Sequence record: MN508614.1
Length of the DNA stretch: 64,000 nt
From: Escherichia phage ES12
Strand: one strand, 5' to 3'
The notes under the pieces were generated by a model. The model had not been told where the DNA came from. It saw only the letters and a list, made by a program, of their open reading frames with translations, and did no database searches. A program made the translations under genes and the position numbers. This document shows, piece by piece, positions 38,615 through 48,124 of this stretch (positions are counted from its first letter, which is position 1; each line of letters begins with the position of its first letter).

Positions 38615-38751
38615 ATATCAAGAACCGTCATTGAAATGCAAAATAAAATTATTGAAATAAACCCATCTGGCGTGCTAAAGAACCCAATCCAACATGCTCT
38701 AGTGAATAGATAAAATGCAAGAAAAAGTATCACATATCCAAGAAATATCAT
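38611..38751 (-). CDS. possible small hydrophobic peptide (~46 aa), 47.1 position
   Basis: Hand translation MIFLGYVILFLAFYLF...; its ATG overlaps the -10 of the candidate promoter, so may not be a gene. Confidence 0.25.
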   Translation of the reverse strand: MIFLGYVILFLAFYLFTRACWIGFFSTPDGFISIILFCISMTVLDI

Positions 38752-38775
38752 TATATCAAACTCCGTATAAAGCTA
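38750..38775 (-). promoter_or_regulatory. candidate middle-type promoter (TAGCTTTAT, 11-nt gap, TATAAT)
   Basis: attata 38750-38755; ataaagcta 38767-38775; same module as 8816-8841. Confidence 0.35.
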
Positions 38776-38792
38776 AAGGGCCGAAGCCCTTT
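38775..38792 (-). terminator. intrinsic terminator after alpha-gt (aaagggccgaagcccttt)
   Basis: GC stem with UUCG-type loop and flanking A/T runs. Confidence 0.55.
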
Positions 38793-39993
38793 ATTTTGTA
38801 ATAATGTCAAACTGTTCTTTAAAGCAGAAGCTTGAATCTTGATGCTGATACAAAAATTCATAAGCTTTTTCGCGTTCACGGTCATAAAGAGTTCGGTCAG
38901 ATGACAGTTCTTTAATACGTTCAAATGTTGATTCCATGTCATTTTCATCAAACCAAATGATACCGCTATCATGTGAGGTCAAAGGAGTATTATCAACACG
39001 GAATTTTAAATTTTCGCCAGTAGATTTCCAAAATACCGGAATTGTTCCACATGCACCAAGCTCGAGATGAGTATATTCTAAAGAACGTTGTAGATATTTT
39101 TTGTCCAACTTACTCAGCTGATAACCAAATCCGGATTTACTCATGCGTTCAAGCATTTCGCTATTTACATAACGGTCAAGAATTTGCGTTGGCAAATTAG
39201 GAGCAATTTTAATTTGGTCTACTTGATGAAGACGATAATACTCGTATGGAATTCCTTTTTCTTTAATAGGAATGAACGCTGGAGAACGTTCCAGACCTTC
39301 CATAATAGTACTTAGTCCTGCAGGTTTAAGATGTTTTTCGTGAAAATCAAACATCTGATAAAAACCTTTCCATGTAGTCGTACGACCAATCCAACGGTTG
39401 ACATTCATGTTAATTTCAGAAACATCTTTCCAGTAGGTTGACCGAACCTTCGCAATATCCATAGGAGGCTGAAAGTTATATACTGTCGGTGCTTCTTCAA
39501 TATCATCAAACAGAGAAACAGTTTCTGGATACCATTCTTTCATCAGAACTTTATTAAAATCACCATTATCAGAATGGCTAAAAATAACATCAGCTCGACG
39601 AACAGTTTCTTCTAATCCCAAATTTCGACGCAAAGAAAGAGAAGAATGGTCATGCTGATAAACTACAACACGAACCGAAGGTTTAATGTTATCAATAATT
39701 TTTTTATAGTTATTAATAGTGTCTTCTTCAACCGAAGTAGCAGGAACTGAATTGATAATTAGAATATCACAATCATTTACCAGCTTAAGTGTTTTATCAT
39801 ATTCTTTTGCCAATAAAACCGGAATTGAAAATGATTTATAATCATGCGCGCAATTACGAGTAAATGATTTATCTTTAGCATAAACCAAAGTCACTTCATG
39901 ACCATTTTTAATAAACCAATCACGTTGCTCGAGTGAGAATTTTGTTACACCACAACCTTCAAGACCTCGAGCCATAAAAATACATACTTTCAT
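38791..39993 (-). CDS. agt: alpha-glucosyltransferase (400 aa)
   Basis: 400 aa as T4 alpha-gt; between 47 and 55; identity by size and synteny. Confidence 0.75.
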   Translation of the reverse strand: MKVCIFMARGLEGCGVTKFSLEQRDWFIKNGHEVTLVYAKDKSFTRNCAHDYKSFSIPVLLAKEYDKTLKLVNDCDILIINSVPATSVEEDTINNYKKIIDNIKPSVRVVVYQHDHSSLSLRRNLGLEETVRRADVIFSHSDNGDFNKVLMKEWYPETVSLFDDIEEAPTVYNFQPPMDIAKVRSTYWKDVSEINMNVNRWIGRTTTWKGFYQMFDFHEKHLKPAGLSTIMEGLERSPAFIPIKEKGIPYEYYRLHQVDQIKIAPNLPTQILDRYVNSEMLERMSKSGFGYQLSKLDKKYLQRSLEYTHLELGACGTIPVFWKSTGENLKFRVDNTPLTSHDSGIIWFDENDMESTFERIKELSSDRTLYDREREKAYEFLYQHQDSSFCFKEQFDIITK

Positions 39994-40017
39994 TTAATAT
40001 CCTCTTTGTTTTGGTTT

Positions 40018-40041
40018 ATTTTACCAAAAATTTATAAAGCA
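40018..40041 (-). promoter_or_regulatory. MotA-dependent middle promoter for alpha-gt (tatTGCTTTA, 11-nt gap, TAAAAT)
   Basis: plus-strand taaagca 40035-40041; -10 at 40018-40023; GAGGA RBS. Confidence 0.5.
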
Positions 40042-40043
40042 AT

Positions 40044-40063
40044 ATAGGAGCCGAAGCTCCTAT
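40044..40063 (-). terminator. hairpin ataggagc-cgaa-gctcctat
   Basis: 8-bp stem with UUCG-type loop immediately upstream of middle promoter. Confidence 0.5.
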
Positions 40064-40236
40064 CCGCATAATACGCCATACAGAGGCTCGTTAGAACTTT
40101 TAAATTTTATGCGCTTATATTTTATAGTTCCTTCTGCTTTAGCTTTATCATGAGACTCTTTAAAGCGTCTCATCATTTCCTCTTTAGAGGAACGAATTTT
40201 ATTATAATCTATTTCAGAAGTCTGGGTGTTCATCTT

Positions 40237-40443
40237 TCATAGTTGCCACCATTTTTTGACTTGATAGGAATCAACCCACACTTTCATATTAGGGTCTGCT
40301 CTTACAATAGGAGGATTAACTTCTTTAATTGAACTATCATGGTATTCTTTTTCAGAAATTTTCACACAAAGATGACCATTCAAAGATTCAGTAAATCCTG
40401 CATTAATTTTAAGACGCTTGAATTTTACGTGTGTAAGCATCAA
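40237..40443 (-). CDS. hypothetical protein (68 aa)
   Basis: ORF track. Confidence 0.4.
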   Translation of the reverse strand: MMLTHVKFKRLKINAGFTESLNGHLCVKISEKEYHDSSIKEVNPPIVRADPNMKVWVDSYQVKKWWQL

Positions 40444-40726
40444 TCATATCCTCAATTTGCGATCTAGTAGTCTTCCAAAGAATACTGATGAGTTCATCGT
40501 TATATGGCTGTTTTAGAATATCCCGACTTTTCTTGATAGCATATTCGTATTGAGCAAAATTATTGTTTTCAGCTGCGATCTGAGCGTGCTTATAAAGACG
40601 ATTCAGTTCGCGTTTGTTTTTAGACAATAACTTATTTGCTTTTCTTTCTGCTTCAAGACGGTTCTTTTCTTCAATAGAAGAAATAAGCTTTTCCACTTCA
40701 TCATTAATTTCGGGTTTATCAGTCAT
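40409..40726 (-). CDS. hypothetical coiled-coil protein (105 aa)
   Basis: ORF track. Confidence 0.45.
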   Translation of the reverse strand: MTDKPEINDEVEKLISSIEEKNRLEAERKANKLLSKNKRELNRLYKHAQIAAENNNFAQYEYAIKKSRDILKQPYNDELISILWKTTRSQIEDMIDAYTRKIQAS

Positions 40727-40727
40727 A

Positions 40728-40946
40728 TTATTTCTCTAATATAAAATAAAAATCATCATCTGTTAAATGATACCGATAGTTTAATTCTACACCATTAGAT
40801 TTAAAAGCGGTATCATACGGATTTTCTGGATCAATATCAATGTCAAGAGCTAAAACTTCCCTGAGATACATTTTAAGTAAATAGGGAATAGCTTCAACTT
40901 CAGGTATTTCTTCCAAGAATCCGGAGAGGTTAATCGTTAGCCTCAT
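40728..40946 (-). CDS. hypothetical protein (72 aa)
   Basis: ORF track. Confidence 0.45.
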
Positions 40947-41487
40947 ATAAAAAATCCAAACTAGGAGAATCGTCTACAACACTTTTCTTTTCAGCCCCCG
41001 GTGTTCTATAGGTTGATTCTTCGTAATGCGTCATTTTATCGTAGATGTCTTGAATAAAAGTTTCATCTACTAACGCAACCATATCGTCGTCACGACTGTC
41101 ATAGACATTGTGAACGAAGTAACTATATTTCTTTGCAACTTCCTTACGTTCTTTTTTAATACGCTGGACGAATGCATTAAAACAAGCTTGAGTTATATAC
41201 GCATGTGGGTTTTTATATTTCGTTTCATCAAAATTATGAAGCCCCTTAATAGAAGCTTCTATACCATCTGCAATCATTTCTTGTTTCCAAGACTGGGTGT
41301 ATCCTGAAAAGTTGAAACGTTTAGATAAGCCTTCTGCAATAAGCATAATGGCTAATCCGATAGTATCATTCTGACGAACTACTTTATTTGGGTCTTTATT
41401 ATTTGCTAATTCTGTTTTCCAATCAATAATAGCTTGTAAAAGCTCTTTATTGTTTACGTAATTATATTTAGGCTTAGTTTCTGACAT
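40930..41487 (-). CDS. 55: late sigma factor gp55 (185 aa)
   Basis: ORF trimmed to [14 protein letters not shown] (track start is an upstream GTG); 185 aa as T4 gp55; GAGGTG RBS. Confidence 0.85.
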
Positions 41488-41565
41488 TTTCACCTCTTAG
41501 CTCAATTCATAGATCTATTATATCATAATATTTGAAGATCTATCTTAAAGCATAGAGGATATCAG

Positions 41566-41835
41566 TTATCTAAGTAAACAGTATGCTTGGAACACTTTTT
41601 CCATCATCTTTTTAAATTCATGAATATCTATGTAATGACTAGTTAAATCAGCATGATATAAAAAGTCTAAAAACTTTTCATGTGTACTAACATATTCACT
41701 TTCATTTAATTCAGAAACATGGCTTTCCCAATATCCAACACCAGTCTTATTTGGGAAAAATGAAATTTTCATGTATTGGTCAACATAGAAAATGCCATAA
41801 TTTTCAATAGTAATAGAAATATTAATAAATTTCAT
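41566..41835 (-). CDS. hypothetical protein (89 aa)
   Basis: ORF track. Confidence 0.45.
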   Translation of the reverse strand: MKFINISITIENYGIFYVDQYMKISFFPNKTGVGYWESHVSELNESEYVSTHEKFLDFLYHADLTSHYIDIHEFKKMMEKVFQAYCLLR

Positions 41836-42047
41836 ACATTCATCAACTTAGCCGCTTCAAGAGCTGCATCTAATGAATCAAATTGATCAACATATTCAAT
41901 CAATTCGCCGTAATTGGCATATAACCACCATTGGCTAAATTCATACTCAAGGATGAATCCGTTTCCTTCAATTTGAGTTAAACCAATGCCATTTGTATTT
42001 ACTTCATACCCAGCAAGACGTAAATCGTTAATAAGAGCTTCGTTCAT
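41832..42047 (-). CDS. hypothetical protein (71 aa)
   Basis: ORF track. Confidence 0.45.
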   Translation of the reverse strand: MNEALINDLRLAGYEVNTNGIGLTQIEGNGFILEYEFSQWWLYANYGELIEYVDQFDSLDAALEAAKLMNV

Positions 42048-42049
42048 AA

Positions 42050-42376
42050 TTATACCTTAGTAATTTTCAGGTCTGCAAATTTTTTCTTGCGTTGATTTTT
42101 CATGCGACGAATAGTTTTATCGGAAATTTCATGCTTTTGATAAGCTTTAGATTCTACGCCAAAAGCTTTAACATCAAATTCCGACAAGATATATTGAACC
42201 AGCAATTCACGGACAGTATTACGTCCAATCTTCTGATCATTCTGTTTCATCGTCTGATGAAGCTCTTTTTCCCATTTATCCAAAATTTGAGGAGTTACAA
42301 TATCGCCTTTTTCTAGCAAAGAAACTACTTTATCATATGCGTAAGAATTAATGACGTTTTTAATTTGAATAGTCAT
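42050..42376 (-). CDS. hypothetical protein (108 aa)
   Basis: ORF track. Confidence 0.5.
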   Translation of the reverse strand: MTIQIKNVINSYAYDKVVSLLEKGDIVTPQILDKWEKELHQTMKQNDQKIGRNTVRELLVQYILSEFDVKAFGVESKAYQKHEISDKTIRRMKNQRKKKFADLKITKV

Positions 42377-42414
42377 ACATTATCCTCAATTACGTTAAAA
42401 TTTTATTATCCAAA

Positions 42415-42430
42415 AAGGGCCGAAGCCCTT
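42415..42430 (-). terminator. hairpin aagggccgaagccctt
   Basis: GC stem with UUCG-type loop, A5 run precedes on plus strand. Confidence 0.55.
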
Positions 42431-42629
42431 AGCTAAACTTTTTGGCACCCTTCCAGCCTTCATACATCATTGCGGCTGATATTAATATTGCTCCTGAGCA
42501 ACTTGAATATTTGTGATTCCAAAACCAGTTTAGAAAAACTTCGTCATCAATACCTTGTGCTATCATATTTTCAAAGAACTGACGACGAGCTTCGGCAATT
42601 CGCTGCGATAATTTAGATTCAGGATTCAT
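42429..42629 (-). CDS. hypothetical protein (66 aa)
   Basis: ORF track. Confidence 0.45.
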   Translation of the reverse strand: MNPESKLSQRIAEARRQFFENMIAQGIDDEVFLNWFWNHKYSSCSGAILISAAMMYEGWKGAKKFS

Positions 42630-42761
42630 TTAAATTTCCCAATTACCATTTTCATCAATGAATTTAATCCAGTCATTTACTGACCACTTAGTTGTATCGC
42701 CTTTTGGAGTAACATTTAAAGTATATAGCCCTTGCTTAAAAAGCATTCGTTTGATATTCAT
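42630..42761 (-). CDS. small protein (43 aa from internal ATG)
   Basis: ORF 42630..42845 trimmed to MNIKRMLFKQ with GAGGAAA RBS, just after upstream stop. Confidence 0.35.
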   Translation of the reverse strand: MNIKRMLFKQGLYTLNVTPKGDTTKWSVNDWIKFIDENGNWEI

Positions 42762-42768
42762 AATTTCC

Positions 42769-43062
42769 TCAGCTGTAACGATAACACTCGTTTGATTTAC
42801 GTTTAGCAACTCGTTGAGAAGTATTATAATCAAAATCATCGTCAATGTAAACTGATTTTTTCAACTTTCTTACTTCACCACGTAATTGGCGATTTAGCTC
42901 ATCTTTAACTTCTGAATCAATACCTTTCATTCTACGCCATTTATCTGAGCGAAAAATGTTTTCAACCATATCTTTATGACTTACACCATCAGGAGCTTTA
43001 CGCTTTCCGAAATAGTCATAATCACGCACTTTTAAGTCTTTACGACGATACGTTTTACCCAT
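42769..43062 (-). CDS. highly basic small protein (97 aa from internal ATG)
   Basis: ORF 42769..43101 trimmed to MGKTYRRKDLK; Lys/Arg-rich. Confidence 0.4.
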   Translation of the reverse strand: MGKTYRRKDLKVRDYDYFGKRKAPDGVSHKDMVENIFRSDKWRRMKGIDSEVKDELNRQLRGEVRKLKKSVYIDDDFDYNTSQRVAKRKSNECYRYS

Positions 43063-43237
43063 GGAGTTTAATTTCCTTAGCAACTGAACTAAATGCAGCA
43101 CGATCGCAAATCATGCGTTTATGTAACTTGAGTATAATATAGCAAACTTCAAAACTATTTACATGAGTAACACGAACAGCATTACCATTAATGAGATAAT
43201 ACTGTCCCTTTTTAATTTCTTTATCAACCACAACCAT
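43055..43237 (-). CDS. hypothetical protein (60 aa)
   Basis: ORF track; early promoter upstream. Confidence 0.45.
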   Translation of the reverse strand: MVVVDKEIKKGQYYLINGNAVRVTHVNSFEVCYIILKLHKRMICDRAAFSSVAKEIKLHG

Positions 43238-43267
43238 ATCAATTCCTCAAAGGTAATTCATATGTTA

Positions 43268-43297
43268 ATAATACCACGGTTTGAACTTGTTGTAAAC
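43268..43297 (-). promoter_or_regulatory. T4-type early promoter (GTTTACA, TATTAT)
   Basis: ataata 43268-43273, gtaaac 43292-43297. Confidence 0.5.
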
Positions 43298-43378
43298 AAC
43301 TTTGTGAAAAATATTTTAGGGAATGACAAGAAGGGAACGATAGCTTAGAATGGTAATATACAGAATGTAAGAAAGAAA

Positions 43379-43392
43379 GGCCCAGAGGGCCC
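43379..43392 (-). terminator. hairpin ggccc-aga-gggcc after nrdH
   Basis: GC stem preceded by A-rich run on plus strand. Confidence 0.5.
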
Positions 43393-43395
43393 GTC

Positions 43396-43722
43396 TTAGT
43401 CTTCTATGATATCTCTATCATATCCAAGTGAAATGAGAGTTTCTTTGAAGTGTTTAATGTTCTTTTGTCTAGAATCATTGATGAAAATGACTGGATAACG
43501 AATGTTAAGAGATGTGAATCCAGCGCGTTTAGCAAGAGATACAATCAGTGGACGATCATACTCAATCTTACCATTATTTGTAAGAACTTTATAGAAAGTA
43601 AAAGGAGCATTAAGCTCCTTTAGAAGTTTTGTAACTGATTGACATCCAGGACAACGACCTACTTCATCTGGAATTCCATAGACTTCAATCTTATTCTTTA
43701 AGTTCGAGTTTTGTTCCACGAG
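43396..43722 (-). CDS. nrdH: NrdH-like glutaredoxin (CPGC active site); start uncertain
   Basis: ORF 43396..43848 contains CPGC redox motif; start either GTG ~43722 (AAGGAA RBS) or ATG 43767. Confidence 0.5.
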   Translation of the reverse strand, partial: LVEQNSNLKNKIEVYGIPDEVGRCPGCQSVTKLLKELNAPFTFYKVLTNNGKIEYDRPLIVSLAKRAGFTSLNIRYPVIFINDSRQKNIKHFKETLISLGYDRDIIED

Positions 43723-44002
43723 AAATAATTCCTTGATAAGCCCAGTATGGCGGGTTAACAGAATCATCGCCAGAATTTTCTTCAGGAAAATAAACCTGGA
43801 TAACAAATCCAGATGCATCAAAGGTAAAATAAACCGTAGGTAATTCACCTAACAATTCAGCGCGGTTATTAATTTCTTCAAGTTCTCGTTCTCGTCCAGC
43901 CCAAAAACTAGGATTTAGACTACATTCATAGAAATAATAGTCATTACCGAACATATCAAAACCCTTCCAACTCTCTACCACATATCGCTCAAAACTAATC
44001 AT
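43691..44002 (-). CDS. hypothetical protein (103 aa)
   Basis: ORF track. Confidence 0.4.
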   Translation of the reverse strand: MISFERYVVESWKGFDMFGNDYYFYECSLNPSFWAGRERELEEINNRAELLGELPTVYFTFDASGFVIQVYFPEENSGDDSVNPPYWAYQGIISRGTKLELKE

Positions 44003-44004
44003 AA

Positions 44005-44220
44005 TTAGGCCTTTTTATCAAGAACAGCATTCAGTTTGTTAGTAATTTTATCCAGACGCTCATTGAACTCGCTAGAAGATAAGCCTTTTTCTGGAGAAAT
44101 TAAGCTAATCACGAAAAATATAGCAATAAAAGGAATAAGAAAAATAGCACCAACTGCCATAAACAAAAAGAACGTTACAGTTGTAAGAAAATCAGCTAAA
44201 CCTTTACGAAATTTATACAT
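44005..44220 (-). CDS. small membrane protein (71 aa)
   Basis: ORF track; one long hydrophobic segment. Confidence 0.45.
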   Translation of the reverse strand: MYKFRKGLADFLTTVTFFLFMAVGAIFLIPFIAIFFVISLISPEKGLSSSEFNERLDKITNKLNAVLDKKA

Positions 44221-44335
44221 ATTTTACCCTTAATTGATTAACCAAGCATTGATAAGCACTAAACTATATTGCGAATAAAATTCTGGACCAAAATGAAAAA
44301 TCATATCATTTATAGTATCCATAATGTAATTCAAT

Positions 44336-44806
44336 TTAATCATGTGTCCACACCCCATCGGTATTTGACCAAAGTCGCTGATTATCTGATCCTCGCCACA
44401 GCTTTTTGGTCGGAAGATTTTTCTCATACTTCCCATCAATAATAACATCAACATATTTAAGCATTTCTAGTTGTTTAATATCTTCAAACTTATATCCTGT
44501 CCACAACCAAATGCTTTTATTGGGATAAAGATTTTTAATAGTTTGAACCACAGAGTGAATCACGTCTCTGTTATCAGGATAGAGAGGGTCACCTCCGGTT
44601 ATAGTCAATCCTTCTATATAATCATTATTCAAACATTCAATTAATTGTTCTAGTGTTTCACCAGTGAATGGAACACCATTTCTAGCATTCCATGTTGATT
44701 TATTATAACACCCTTCACATTTATGCAAACAACCTGTAACGAAAAGAACGGTCCTGCAGCCAGGACCATTAACAAAATCGCAAGGATAAAATCTATCATA
44801 ATTCAT
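44336..44806 (-). CDS. nrdG: anaerobic ribonucleotide reductase activating protein NrdG (156 aa, radical SAM)
   Basis: Cys cluster CLHKCEGC; 156 aa as T4 NrdG; coupled to nrdD. Confidence 0.85.
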   Translation of the reverse strand: MNYDRFYPCDFVNGPGCRTVLFVTGCLHKCEGCYNKSTWNARNGVPFTGETLEQLIECLNNDYIEGLTITGGDPLYPDNRDVIHSVVQTIKNLYPNKSIWLWTGYKFEDIKQLEMLKYVDVIIDGKYEKNLPTKKLWRGSDNQRLWSNTDGVWTHD

Positions 44807-46620
44807 TGGTGCTTAACCCTATGCATGATTTCTTTATTTTTGCCGAGATTAAATCCGCGTTCGTTCGGATTTCCCAAATAACCACATGTTCTTCTTATTG
44901 TGTTCATCTTTTTAGGATCAGTTTCTCCACAAATAGAACAAACAAATCCGTTTTCAGTAGGAGTCATTTCATGGGTACTTCCACATGTAAAACATTTATC
45001 TACTGGCATATTAACACCAAAATAATCTAAATGTTGTGCAGCATAATCCCAGACAGCCTCAAGACCTTTTAGGTTATTTTTCATATCAGGAAGTTCAACA
45101 TAAGAAATGTGACCACCTGTCGCAATGAAATGATATGGGGCTTCGCGAGAAATCTTTTCAAACGGAGTAATATTTTCTTCTACTGAAACATGGAAACTAT
45201 TAGTGTACCAGCCTTTATCAGTAACATCTTTTACACTTCCATATTTTTCAGTATCAAGTTTACAGAAGCGATAACAAAGGTTTTCAGCGGGAGTAGAATA
45301 CAAGCTAAAAGCAAAACCGGTTCTTTCAGTCCACTGTTTAAGACGAGCATTCATTTTAGTTAAAATTTCCTGTCCAATATCACGACCGACAAGAATATTC
45401 AATTCGTGAATACCAATGTATCCTAGGGACACTGAACTTCTACCGTTTTTAAATAACTCAATTATGTCGTCATCAGGTTTAAGACGAACCCCGAATGCAC
45501 CTTCTTGGTAAAGAATAGGAGCAACAGTCGCTTTAACTCCTTTTAATGAACTAATTCTACACATCAAAGCTTCAAAACATAAATCCATTCGCTCATTGAA
45601 CAATTCGATAAATTTCTGTTCATTGAACTGTGTTCCAATATAAGAATCTAATGCGATACGAGGAAGATTCAGTGTTACAACACCAAGATTATTACGTCCA
45701 TCAAGAATTTCATTACCAGTCGAATCTTTCCATACGCTCAAGAAACTACGGCAACCCATCGGAGAAACAGGAATAGATGAACCGGTGATAGCTTTATTGT
45801 TCTTAGCTGAAATAATATCAGGATACATTCTTTTGCTTGCGCACTCTAGAGCAAGCTGCTTAATATCATAGTTCGGATCGTCTTTATAAAGATTAACACC
45901 TTCTTCAACAAACATAACAAGCTTAGGGAAAATAGGAGTTATCCCATCACGACCAAGACCTTTAATACGATTTTTCAGAATTGCTTTCTGAATCATTCGT
46001 TCAGTCCAGTCAGTTCCCGTACCAAATGTAATTGTTACAAAAGGCGTTTGTCCGTTTGAACTAAAGAGAGTGTTTACTTCATATTCATAAGCTTGAAATG
46101 CATCGTATACGTCTTTTTCTGTTTTAGATTGAGCATAATTCAACGCATCAGCGATTTGCCATTTTTCTGCATCCTCAATATGTTTTGCATAGGTGCGTTT
46201 AACATAAGGAGAAAGTACTTTATCTACATTCGCAAAAGTCGTTCCGCCGTATTGATGGGAAGCAACTTGCGCAGTAATTTGCGCCATAATTGCAGTAGCA
46301 ACGCCAATTGATTTAGGAGTTTCAATCTGTGCATTACCAAGCTTAAATCCGTTTTCAAGCATTCCTTTTAAATCTACTAAACAACAATTAGTAAATGGAA
46401 GAGCAGGGGAATAATCAATATCATGGAAATGAATAATTCCGCTTTCATGCGCTTTCATAATAAAAGACGGGACCATATTTTTGGCAATGTGTTTAGACAC
46501 AATACCAGCCATAAGGTCCCGTTGAGTTGGAAAAACACGAGAATCTTTATTAGCATTCTCGTTTAAAAGGTCTTTATTAGTTTTATGAATCAATCCTTCA
46601 ATTTCTTTTTCAATTGTCAT
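44803..46620 (-). CDS. nrdD: anaerobic ribonucleotide reductase NrdD (605 aa), uninterrupted
   Basis: C-terminal glycyl-radical and CxxC zinc motifs (CSICG...RTCGYLG); 605 aa; no intron. Confidence 0.9.
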   Translation of the reverse strand: MTIEKEIEGLIHKTNKDLLNENANKDSRVFPTQRDLMAGIVSKHIAKNMVPSFIMKAHESGIIHFHDIDYSPALPFTNCCLVDLKGMLENGFKLGNAQIETPKSIGVATAIMAQITAQVASHQYGGTTFANVDKVLSPYVKRTYAKHIEDAEKWQIADALNYAQSKTEKDVYDAFQAYEYEVNTLFSSNGQTPFVTITFGTGTDWTERMIQKAILKNRIKGLGRDGITPIFPKLVMFVEEGVNLYKDDPNYDIKQLALECASKRMYPDIISAKNNKAITGSSIPVSPMGCRSFLSVWKDSTGNEILDGRNNLGVVTLNLPRIALDSYIGTQFNEQKFIELFNERMDLCFEALMCRISSLKGVKATVAPILYQEGAFGVRLKPDDDIIELFKNGRSSVSLGYIGIHELNILVGRDIGQEILTKMNARLKQWTERTGFAFSLYSTPAENLCYRFCKLDTEKYGSVKDVTDKGWYTNSFHVSVEENITPFEKISREAPYHFIATGGHISYVELPDMKNNLKGLEAVWDYAAQHLDYFGVNMPVDKCFTCGSTHEMTPTENGFVCSICGETDPKKMNTIRRTCGYLGNPNERGFNLGKNKEIMHRVKHQ

Positions 46621-47090
46621 TTTAAACTCTTTCTAAGCTGCTTCTTAAATGAAGCTATTAACTGTGTTTTGGTGTCAGATTCATTATATTCAAATCCTCT
46701 TTGAAGCATCTCGGCCATCATTTCCTCTTTTCCTAAACGAGAAAATTCCTTTGATTTATCTCCAACAAAGTTAGGGTGAATATTATTTTGGGTGTAATCG
46801 GATTTTAAATAAGTAAGTAAATTTTCTAACCATTCAAGATAATCAACACCTTGTCCCTTTAATCCAGAACGATTAAATTTATGCTTCATTTGACCTTCTG
46901 CGGCATTGCAGAGATTACAAAGCAATCCACGTACCTTTCCTGCTTTTGGTCCATTTAATTCATGGTCATGATCAAGATGATTAGCTTGAACATCAGGATT
47001 TAGTTCTCGTTGGCAAATTAAACATTTACCGTTTTGTGCATCATAAAATTTCTGTTTTTCTTCTTTATATAATTTGCCAGTCAATAACAT
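46617..47090 (-). CDS. 49: endonuclease VII gp49 (157 aa)
   Basis: N-terminal CLICQ zinc motif and HLDHDH; 157 aa as T4 gp49. Confidence 0.8.
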   Translation of the reverse strand: MLLTGKLYKEEKQKFYDAQNGKCLICQRELNPDVQANHLDHDHELNGPKAGKVRGLLCNLCNAAEGQMKHKFNRSGLKGQGVDYLEWLENLLTYLKSDYTQNNIHPNFVGDKSKEFSRLGKEEMMAEMLQRGFEYNESDTKTQLIASFKKQLRKSLK

Positions 47091-47131
47091 AATAAAACCC
47101 TTACCTTAAATAGATAAGGGTATTTATTATT

Positions 47132-47308
47132 TTTAAGTATTGTAAAACATTCGATGCAATCGTTTATACTGTCGAATCATCTTTTTAGTAGGACGAGAAT
47201 AGGTTCCTACGCAAGTGGTCATATGAGGGTCCGTAGAATGTCCTTTAATAAAAAGTTTCCAAACCTTACCGCCATTTAACTTTTCAGTATAAACCAATTC
47301 GGTTTTCA
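47132..47308 (-). CDS. small protein (~58 aa) sharing the pin C-terminal tail
   Basis: Hand translation MKTELVYTEKLNGGKVWKLF...KKMIRQYKRLHRMFYNT; tail duplicated from pin. Confidence 0.3.
47134..47180 (-). repeat. direct repeat unit A (~45 bp, encodes MIRQYKRLHRMFYNT tail)
   Basis: aagtattgtaaaacattcgatgcaatcgtttatactgtcgaatcat vs unit B, ~5 mismatches. Confidence 0.6.
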
Positions 47309-47345
47309 TTAAAATGCCTTGTCAGAAAAAGAATTTTGAGTTTTT

Positions 47346-47394
47346 TCAAGTATTATAAAACATTTGATGCAATCGCTTATATTGCCGAATCATT
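47346..47394 (-). repeat. direct repeat unit B (3' end of pin)
   Basis: aagtattataaaacatttgatgcaatcgcttatattgccgaatcat. Confidence 0.6.
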
Positions 47395-47831
47395 TGGTCA
47401 GAAAAAGAATTTTGTGTTTCAAGCCATTCAATATATTCTGCCGCAGCTTGCATCAGGTTACCTTCATAATCATCAATATCTTTTTTCAATGCCACTTTAG
47501 CTAATGCATATGAAATACGTTCACCTTGAAAAGCGGCTTTAGGCTTCTGAACATCTTGGCTAGTTCTCTCTACAACTTCTTCAATTTCGCCATTTTCAAC
47601 GGATTCAGTATTCCACAAGCACCAATACGTAATTGGCTTATCATAGATGTTAATAATCTTTCCGTCGGAAAGTTCAATTTCAATAATTCCAGTATCAGGC
47701 TCTATATCATCTTCACATTCTTTTGTAAGTTCACGAACTTTAAAGACAGTACCTGCACTAAGTTCCGGCCAGTAATTACATAGCCCTGTATCAACACGAT
47801 TAATTCTAAACCACTTATCTACTGTAATCAT
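47346..47831 (-). CDS. Pin-position protein (161 aa from internal ATG; T4 protease inhibitor)
   Basis: ORF 47346..47849 trimmed to MITVDKW with GGAG RBS; 161 aa as T4 Pin; early promoter upstream. Confidence 0.5.
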   Translation of the reverse strand: MITVDKWFRINRVDTGLCNYWPELSAGTVFKVRELTKECEDDIEPDTGIIEIELSDGKIINIYDKPITYWCLWNTESVENGEIEEVVERTSQDVQKPKAAFQGERISYALAKVALKKDIDDYEGNLMQAAAEYIEWLETQNSFSDQMIRQYKRLHQMFYNT

Positions 47832-47871
47832 GTCCCATCTCCATATCAATTAAGTCATTTATCGTTGGTTC

Positions 47872-47901
47872 ATTATATACTGTTTCTTCATCAGTGTAAA
47901 C
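47872..47901 (-). promoter_or_regulatory. T4-type early promoter (GTTTAC, 18-nt gap, TATAAT)
   Basis: attata 47872-47877, gtaaac 47896-47901. Confidence 0.5.
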
Positions 47902-47953
47902 CGGTTCTTCCGGCTCTGGCTCTACAGTTTCCCATCTAGCCGCCCACCAGGGT

Positions 47954-48124
47954 TTAACCCCGAAGCTTATTAAGTTCTTCATAATCAATCCAGGATTCTA
48001 GTCCTGATGGCAAATCAGATTCAATTTCCCAAAGAAGCTCTTCAATTTTCTGAAGACGATCTAGTTCTTCAGCTGGAATAGTAACCATTGATGGAGTTCT
48101 TGATACACTAATATCGTAAATCAT
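47954..48124 (-). CDS. hypothetical acidic protein (56 aa from internal ATG)
   Basis: ORF 47954..48163 trimmed to ATG just after upstream stop. Confidence 0.35.
   Translation of the reverse strand: MIYDISVSRTPSMVTIPAEELDRLQKIEELLWEIESDLPSGLESWIDYEELNKLRG

Noticed and set aside
41487-41566. MotA box TGCTTTA (plus taaagca 41546-41552) upstream of gene 55
   Set aside because: The nearest TAnnnT elements are 15-23 nt away, outside the 11-13-nt middle-promoter spacing, so I do not call a promoter here.
44230-44454. Track ORF 44230..44454 (74 aa) overlapping nrdG
   Set aside because: Its 5' half overlaps the nrdG 3' end; only a short C-terminal remnant (about 29-37 aa) could be independent and it lacks a convincing RBS.
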